From: Dehalococcoidia bacterium
Lineage (GTDB): Bacteria > Chloroflexota > Dehalococcoidia > Plut-88900
Length of the DNA stretch: 64,000 nt
Direction: 5' to 3'
Assembly (NCBI GenBank): GCA_965197645.1
Contig: OZ240219.1
Location: 224,001-288,000, forward strand
Every line of letters begins with the position of its first letter. Position 1 is the first letter of the stretch. Of the stretch, positions 57,947 through 64,000 are shown piece after piece. Position numbers and translations under genes: made by a program. The notes under the pieces were generated by a model. It was not told the DNA's origin. It was given only the letters and a program-made list of their open reading frames with translations, and did not search any database.

Positions 57947-58423
57947 CTAGAGACAACTATCCAACATCGCCTTTACCTCCTCCGGCAGATCATCCCGTAC
58001 CTCACGAGCAGCAACCAACGCCTCCACCCACTCAGGCTCCGACCAAAACTCATCTATGGACCCAGTGTCCAAGATCACATCCGAGTCCATGTCCTTCACC
58101 ACCTTGACAATGGTCTTCGCGTAAACGATTTGGGCCTGATGAAATTCTCTAAGCTCAACAGGCGGCTCTATCCGTTCGAGAAAGTTAAACCAGTCCTCCC
58201 AAAACTCGCCGACATCACCCCTCACGCCAAGCAGGCCATCCCTACCAGATTGATTCATACGTTCAAAAACGTATCTCTCAACACTGGTATAGAAAATATC
58301 GGTAGCCGGAGAAGAAGATGGAGTAGGCGTTATCTCAGTAGAGCCACAGGCAGCCTCCACCAGCGCAAAGGCCATTAACAGAACTATGCTTCCCTTCACC
58401 AAAGCCGACCCAGTCCTCACCAT
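57947..58423 (-). CDS. putative lipoprotein
   Basis: Hydrophobic signal ending 'AACGS', Pro/Ser/Thr linker. Confidence 0.65.
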   Translation of the reverse strand: MVRTGSALVKGSIVLLMAFALVEAACGSTEITPTPSSSPATDIFYTSVERYVFERMNQSGRDGLLGVRGDVGEFWEDWFNFLERIEPPVELREFHQAQIVYAKTIVKVVKDMDSDVILDTGSIDEFWSEPEWVEALVAAREVRDDLPEEVKAMLDSCL

Positions 58424-58425
58424 GC

Positions 58426-58545
58426 TTAATCGTCAACCAGCAAGATTAATGTTGCTGGTATGCCCCCGAACACCAGGAGCACGGAGATCATGACAAACCA
58501 CAACCCCACTCCCCACAAACCAGCTGAAAACCGCGGTTTGATCAA
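58426..58545 (-). CDS. candidate 39-aa membrane peptide
   Basis: AGGAGG 9 nt before TTG; MIKPRFSAGLWGVGLWFVMISVLLVFGGIPATLILLVDD; stop 2 nt before the next ATG. Confidence 0.45.
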   Translation of the reverse strand: MIKPRFSAGLWGVGLWFVMISVLLVFGGIPATLILLVDD

Positions 58546-59114
58546 GGACGACTCCCTCCTACTTCGCTATTTCCTGGTCATCGCTGAAAATTGAAGCCGA
58601 GCTCCTCTTCACATACATCAAGAGCGGCATCGTAATCGGCATGGTGGCGGCGGCAGCGGCAAGCATGGGCAGGGGCACGACAAACGACGCCATCAACATG
58701 ACTCACAACCCGACCTTTCCATAGACCCACCACATTGCAAAGCCCGCATCAGCTAACCCTGCCAGTTCGGTTACGGCATGAACCAAAATCATCAACACCT
58801 CAGCTATCCGTAAAATGACGTTCTCTTACCTTACGAGCTCACGGTGAGGTCGGCGATGACGACCTTTGGCTCGAATATCTCTTACTCTCCCGGCTTTTGC
58901 CGAGTTTAACAGATTCGGCGTTTTCGCCGCACCAACTGCCGAGGGCGACCGGAAACACGACCCTCCTGCCATCCCTAGAAGGTGAGAGGGATTTTATCAC
59001 CTCGTCATGGCAAAAGGTGAGGTTCCGGGCTATCCTGCCACCGTTGTGGACACGGGAAGAACGGGGCCATTAGAATAGTGCTCGGTTCCCGAAGTTACCG
59101 AGTGGAGGTGAGTC

Positions 59115-59468
59115 ATGCCGGCCAACGAGGTCACGATCTACCTGAAAAACGGCTGAACGTCCTGCAGAAAGGCGAAGGAGTTCCTTTCGCAAAAGGGTGT
59201 GTCGCTGACGGAGCGGGAGATATTCAAGCAACCCCTCAGCAAACAGGAGATAGAGGGCCTGCTCGAACTGCGGCCCCTGGACGAGGTATTCTCCTGGAAG
59301 AGCAGACGGTTGAAGGCCCTGGAGTTGGACGCGGAGGGGCTGTCCGACGAGGAGAAGCTGGACTGGATGACCAAGGAGCCGGCCCTGGTTCGCCGGCCCA
59401 TGATAGACGTGGGCGAGGAGCTAGTGGTGGGGTTCAATGCCAAGAGGCTGGCGGAGATTTATCCCTAA
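59115..59468 (+). CDS. ArsC/Spx-family selenoprotein (Sec at TGA 59154-59156), 117 aa
   Basis: GGAGGTG RBS; MPANEVTIYLKNG-U-TSCRKAKEFL; C-terminal 'EPALVRRP....VVGF'. Confidence 0.9.
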
Positions 59469-59481
59469 TCAGGAGGGACAG

Positions 59482-60336
59482 ATGAGCGCTCAGACACATG
59501 AACGGCCCGACATGCTGGTCGAGACGGACTGGCTGGAGAAGTACATGGATGATCCCCAGCTGCGGATAGTGGACATGGGGCCGGTAGACGGGTTCAAGCG
59601 GTGCCACATTCCCGGCGCCATCGGCCTCAACAGGGACTATCTCAAAGACCCGGACAACGATCTGTTCGTGATGCAGCCAGAGCAGTTCGAAAAGGCGATG
59701 GGGAAGGTGGGCATCGGCAACGAGCACAACGTGGTCGCCTACGACGATTACGGGGGACTGTACGCCGCCCGGCTGTGGTGGGCGCTGCGGACCTTCGGCC
59801 ACGATAAGGTATGGGTGCTCAACGGGGGATGGAACAAGTGGATGAGGGAGGGCAGGGCGTGGACACAGATAGCCGTCACCGGGTACCACTCCCGCGACTT
59901 CAACCCCCACCCGCCGGCTACCTTCAAGGCCCGAGCCGACTACTCGATGCTCTGCTCGGCCGAGAATATCATGGAGAGATTAAGCGACTCTGATTTCGTT
60001 ACCCTGGACGTGCGCGGCGACGGTGAGTACAACGGGACCAACCTTCGGGGCATGAACCGGCGCGGCGGGCACATGCCCAACACCGTGCACATCGAGTGGT
60101 CCAAGGCGGTCACCGACGACGACCTGCGGACCTTCCGCCCTCCGGACGAGCTAAGGGAGCTGTACGCCTCGGCGGGCGTGACGCCGGAGAAACAGGTAGC
60201 CACATACTGACAGGCCGGAATACGTGCGGCGCACGCTGTATTTGTTCTCAAGCTGCTGGGCTACGAAAACGTCCAGAACTACGATGGTTCCTGGGGCGAG
60301 TGGGGCAACCGGGACGATACGCCTATAGAAGCTTAG
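59482..60336 (+). CDS. two-domain rhodanese/sulfurtransferase selenoprotein (Sec at TGA 60208-60210), 284 aa
   Basis: 'LVETDWL', 'HIPGA', 'AARLWW', 'LNGG', 'D.R...EY.G', 'TY-U-QAGIRAA', 'YDGSWGEW'. Confidence 0.92.
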
Positions 60337-61093
60337 GCCCGACCACGTACTTCAGGTTGGCCGTGGTCACCTCGGCCACTTCCTCGACCGAGATGCCCCT
60401 GACCTCGGCCACCTTCTGAGCTACCCTGGCCACCTGGGCAGGCTCCAGCGGGTTCCGCTTCTTCCACGGCTGGGGGAAGGAGTCGGTCTCCAGGATCATG
60501 TACTCCATTGGGAGCCGTTTCGCTACGTCGGGGAGATGGGGGATGCTCAGCAGGGTCTTGGAGAAAGAGACATAGATCCCCATATCGACGCACTCGTCGG
60601 CTATGCGCTGGTCCGCGACGAAATAGTGCATGATGGCGCCCACCTCGTAGACGTGCTCCTCCTTGAGAATGCGAAGGCAGTCCCAGTAGGCGTCCCGGCT
60701 GTGGAAGACAATGGGCATCTTCAGCTCTCTGGCCAACCTCACGTGGTCCCGAAAGACCTGCTGCTGTAGCTCGCGGGGCGCCTTGCCCTTGAGATAGTCG
60801 AGGCCCGGTTCGCTCACGACGACCACCCTGTCGCTGGCAAGGGCCATCTCCTTGAGCTGTTCCAGGGTCTCGTCGGTGATGGACTCATCGACGGACATGG
60901 GATGGATGCCGACGCCGGCGTAGATATCGGGATAGGCCTCGGCGATACGGATGCAAGCCCGTGAAGACTCGACGGTAGTGCCGGCGGTGATGATGCGCTC
61001 GACGCCGGCCTCCCTGGCTCGCTGGACCACGGCCTCCAGCTGCTCGGAGGGGTAGTCGTCCAGGTGGGTGTGGGAGTCGGAGAGGTTGGGCAT
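60323..61093 (-). CDS. tatD: TatD family hydrolase
   Basis: 'DSHTHL', 'GIHP', 'E.GLDY', 'HSRDA', 'LETDS'. Confidence 0.9.
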   Translation of the reverse strand: MPNLSDSHTHLDDYPSEQLEAVVQRAREAGVERIITAGTTVESSRACIRIAEAYPDIYAGVGIHPMSVDESITDETLEQLKEMALASDRVVVVSEPGLDYLKGKAPRELQQQVFRDHVRLARELKMPIVFHSRDAYWDCLRILKEEHVYEVGAIMHYFVADQRIADECVDMGIYVSFSKTLLSIPHLPDVAKRLPMEYMILETDSFPQPWKKRNPLEPAQVARVAQKVAEVRGISVEEVAEVTTANLKYVVGPKLL

Positions 61094-61125
61094 GGTAGTT
61101 GAGTTGGGGCCGGTTGCCTATTGGC

Positions 61126-61773
61126 TTAGGCGGCATCCCCTTGCCGGTCGGGTTCAAGGGCATCGACCAGCCCCGCGGCCGCAGCCGTTATGTCCGGTGC
61201 AGCGAGGATGGCTCGGATTACGGTCACGCCGTCGGCGCCAGCGGCCAGCACCTCCGCTACGTTGGATGCATCTATGCCTCCGATAGCGAAGACGGGGATG
61301 CCCACCGCTTCTTTGACCCGCCTGATAATGTCCGGGCCATCGGGCGGTTTGCCGGGGTGAGAAGCGGTCTCGTAGATGGTGCCCAGGGTGACGTAATCGG
61401 CCTCTTCGTCCTGGGCTTTCACGGCATCCTCGACGCTGTGCACCGAGCGCCCCACGGACATGTTCCGCCCTCCGATCTTCCTGGCCACATATACCGGGAT
61501 CGAGCCGGCCGGTAGATGCACTCCGTCCGCCGAAATGGCTGTAGCGATATCGACCCGTTCGTTGATGACCAGACTGGCCTTGCCGTTAGTGACTCGCCTC
61601 AGCTTGACGGCCAGATCATACAGCTCCCCCGAAGGCATGTCCTTTTCTCGCAGGTGCACCACGTCCACACCCCCCTCGACGGCTTGGGCCACGGCATCTT
61701 CGATGGAAATGTCCTTGCAAAGGGTGCGATCGGCTACCAGGTGGAGGCGGGCCTGGGATACGGCGCTAGGCAT
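61126..61773 (-). CDS. thiE: thiamine phosphate synthase
   Basis: 'LREKD', 'INERVD.A....DGVHL', 'SVHS', 'T.SHP', 'AIGGI'. Confidence 0.88.
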   Translation of the reverse strand: MPSAVSQARLHLVADRTLCKDISIEDAVAQAVEGGVDVVHLREKDMPSGELYDLAVKLRRVTNGKASLVINERVDIATAISADGVHLPAGSIPVYVARKIGGRNMSVGRSVHSVEDAVKAQDEEADYVTLGTIYETASHPGKPPDGPDIIRRVKEAVGIPVFAIGGIDASNVAEVLAAGADGVTVIRAILAAPDITAAAAGLVDALEPDRQGDAA

Positions 61774-62482
61774 CGGGTGAGCCGAGGTAGTACGTCTCGA
61801 AGGCCTCGTAGGAGAGAGGCACGATGTCCCTGACCAGGCCGGTGATGGCGTCGGCGTAGGCCCGAATCTCGGGTTGGGCGCCCTCGCCTGTCCGAAGCTC
61901 CAGGAAGTTCATGAGGGCCCGGAAGTTGAGGGTCCAGTAGAACTCGGTGTAGTAGGCGGTGCCGAGTACGCCCCGGAAGACCTCGCGAGTGCGCTTGCGA
62001 AGGTGCTTATGGGGCCTTGCCTTTTCCACCATCTTCTCGTAGAAGGAGTGCTCCTGCCGCATCAGCTCTTCGTACTCTTTCAAGTCATCCTCGTCGAATA
62101 TATCGGGGAGGCCCTCCCCGTCGGGAACGTAGAACTCCTCCTTGAAGACCCGGTATCGAGCGGAGCGTTCGTTGTAGGAAGCCATCCGGTGTCGGAACCA
62201 CTGGCGGGCGACGAAGATGGGGCACTTTATCAGAAACTGGAACACAGCGTGCTCGAAGGGCGTGCCGTGCTTGTTCTCCATGAGGAAGAAGATGAGACGC
62301 CGGTCCCGCTCCGGGTCGCCTTTTGCGCCGGTGGAAACCCGGGCCGCATCGAGAATTCGCTGGTCGGAGCCGATGTGGTCCAGCAACTGGACGTAGCCCT
62401 TGTCCAATACCCGGACCTTGTTTTCGGCGGTCTCGGGAACGGAAGGGGCCACTTTAGTCAAATCGGTCTCCCACCTTTTCAC
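61766..62482 (-). CDS. thyX: FAD-dependent thymidylate synthase
   Basis: 'H.TPFEH', 'RQWFRHRMASYNERSARY', 'NFLELR....AQ.EIR'. Confidence 0.95.
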   Translation of the reverse strand: MKRWETDLTKVAPSVPETAENKVRVLDKGYVQLLDHIGSDQRILDAARVSTGAKGDPERDRRLIFFLMENKHGTPFEHAVFQFLIKCPIFVARQWFRHRMASYNERSARYRVFKEEFYVPDGEGLPDIFDEDDLKEYEELMRQEHSFYEKMVEKARPHKHLRKRTREVFRGVLGTAYYTEFYWTLNFRALMNFLELRTGEGAQPEIRAYADAITGLVRDIVPLSYEAFETYYLGSPDA

Positions 62483-63632
62483 GGGCCTTCTTGCCCATCT
62501 CTATGCCCGCGACGATCAGGCGCAGCGCCCGCTCGGTGGAGCCCGCGATAAGCTGGTGGGCGTTGCTGATGGAGGCGTCCAGGCCCATCGGACCGGGAGT
62601 GATGCTCATGACCGAGCTGACGCCGTGCCGGTAGATCTCTTCGTAGCCTGGGGCCACGCCTCCGGTTATCGCTATAACGGGGATACCCAGCGCATGGGCC
62701 CTGGTGCCGACGCCCATGATAGTCTTTCCGTAGGACGATTGGCCGTCCAGCTGGCCCTCGCCGGTGATCACAAGGTCGGCGTTCTGGAGCCGGGAGGAAA
62801 ATCCGGTGGCGTCCGCGACCAGGTCCACTCCGGGTCGAAGGACGGCGTCAAGGAAGGCCATCAAGCCTGCGGAGAGGCCTCCCGCAGCGCCGGCGCCGGG
62901 AACGTCCTTGACGTCTTTGCCCAGGTCTTGTTTCAGGACATCGGCGTAGTGAAACAGGGCTTGATCTAGGGTATTGATCATCTCCGGAGTGGCCCCCTTT
63001 TGAGGGCCGTACATGGCCGCTGTCCCCTCCTGCCCACAGAGGGGATTCGTAACGTCGGTGGCCACCTGGAACCGGGACTCGGCAACGCGGGGGTCGATTT
63101 CGGTCAGGTCTATGCGGTCGAGGTCCGCCAGGGCTGCACCCCCACCGGGCAGCTCGTGGCCCCGGGAGTCCAGCAGTTTCGCTCCCAGGGCTTGGGCGAC
63201 ACCGGCACCGCCATCGCAGGTAGCGCTGCCGCCCACACCGAGGATGAAATCCCGCTTGCCGCTATCCAGTGCGTCGCGGATCAACTCGCCGGTGCCGTAC
63301 GTGGTGGCCACCAGGGGACTGAGGTCATTTCGAGGAACCAGCGCCAGGCCCGAGGCCCGAGCCATCTCGATGGCCGCGGTGCGGCCGTCCCCCAGCACCC
63401 CCCAGATCGCCTCCACCGGCGAGCCCAACGGCCCGGTCACGGTAGCTGTGAAGGTCATGCCGCCGGTGCCCTGCACCAGCACCTCCAGGGTGCCGTCCCC
63501 GCCATCGGCCATGGGGGAGATGAGGACCTCGGATTCGGGCAGGACGTTTCTGATGCCCTCGGTGATGGCATCGCAAACCTGGAATGCGCCGAGACTGCCT
63601 TTGAAGGCCTGGGGAGCAACGACGATCTTCAC
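62454..63632 (-). CDS. glycerate kinase (GlxK/GarK family)
   Basis: 'AP..FKGSL', 'ADGGDGT', 'GGSATCDGG', 'GPQKGA', 'GAAGG', 'TGEG.LD.QS..GK'. Confidence 0.93.
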   Translation of the reverse strand: MKIVVAPQAFKGSLGAFQVCDAITEGIRNVLPESEVLISPMADGGDGTLEVLVQGTGGMTFTATVTGPLGSPVEAIWGVLGDGRTAAIEMARASGLALVPRNDLSPLVATTYGTGELIRDALDSGKRDFILGVGGSATCDGGAGVAQALGAKLLDSRGHELPGGGAALADLDRIDLTEIDPRVAESRFQVATDVTNPLCGQEGTAAMYGPQKGATPEMINTLDQALFHYADVLKQDLGKDVKDVPGAGAAGGLSAGLMAFLDAVLRPGVDLVADATGFSSRLQNADLVITGEGQLDGQSSYGKTIMGVGTRAHALGIPVIAITGGVAPGYEEIYRHGVSSVMSITPGPMGLDASISNAHQLIAGSTERALRLIVAGIEMGKKAREKVGDRFD

Positions 63633-63738
63633 ACGGAGAATTATATCTTATAGAAGGAGGCGCCGTAACCGAATGCCTGCATCATGGGGGAGACCGTTTT
63701 CGGGTATACTTTTGTATGCCCGTTCAGGACCTTTGCTG

Positions 63739-64000
63739 ATGACAAACCAGCGGCATGTAATACAGGAGTTGATCGAAATCGTCGGGGAGCAGTACGTTAT
63801 CTACGCTCCCGAGGACCTGCTCGTCTTCGAGTACGACGGCTCTACAGAAACGGGCTTTCCCCAGGTTGTGGCGGTGCCTTCCACCGCGGAGGAGGTCTCC
63901 AGTATCGTCAAGCTGGCACGCCGGGAGGGTCTGCCCGTAGTGCCCAGGGGCTCAGCGACCAGCATAAGCGGTGGGGCCATTGCCGCCCAGGGGGGCATCC
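63739..64000 (+). CDS. FAD-linked oxidase (GlcD-like), N-terminal part, truncated by the window edge
   Basis: 'EDLLVFEYDG', 'P.TAEEVS.IVK', 'PRGSATSISGGA'. Confidence 0.82.
   Translation, partial: MTNQRHVIQELIEIVGEQYVIYAPEDLLVFEYDGSTETGFPQVVAVPSTAEEVSSIVKLARREGLPVVPRGSATSISGGAIAAQGGI

Noticed and set aside
57690-58833. Integron attC interpretation of the repeated motif
   Set aside because: No clear RYYYAAC/GTTRRRY pairing or long hairpin and no integrase; kept only as an unexplained repeat.

Overview
GC-rich, gene-dense bacterial chromosomal segment. Gene content (three LLM-class oxidoreductases, an F420-type PPOX protein, PAC2, Rieske oxygenase, amidohydrolases, ThyX) suggests Chloroflexota/Dehalococcoidia (SAR202-like); this is inference. 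Main blocks: (i) a CbbQ/NirQ AAA+ ATPase and a VWA-type partner with coaE and a CoA Nudix gene; (ii) a PotABC-like transporter with large insertions in both permeases and no binding-protein gene; (iii) a hopanoid operon (dxs, prenyl synthase, hpnH, hypothetical, hpnG, hpnA, shc, hpnC, hpnD, hpnE, PPOX); (iv) an atypical glycine/sarcosine/betaine-reductase-like cluster; (v) catabolic genes; (vi) a lower-GC patch of small orphan genes. The strongest signal missed by the ORF track is four genes split by an in-frame TGA at the catalytic Cys/Sec position, each followed by a SECIS-like hairpin: GrdB, GrdA, an ArsC/Spx-family protein (UxxC) and a two-domain rhodanese. The Grd system deviates from the clostridial enzyme: two GrdE-like paralogs lack the pyruvoyl-forming Cys, GrdB lacks both Cys of UxxCxxC, and no grdD/trx is nearby, which suggests a different substrate or chemistry. 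No rRNA, tRNA, CRISPR array or transposase was recognised.
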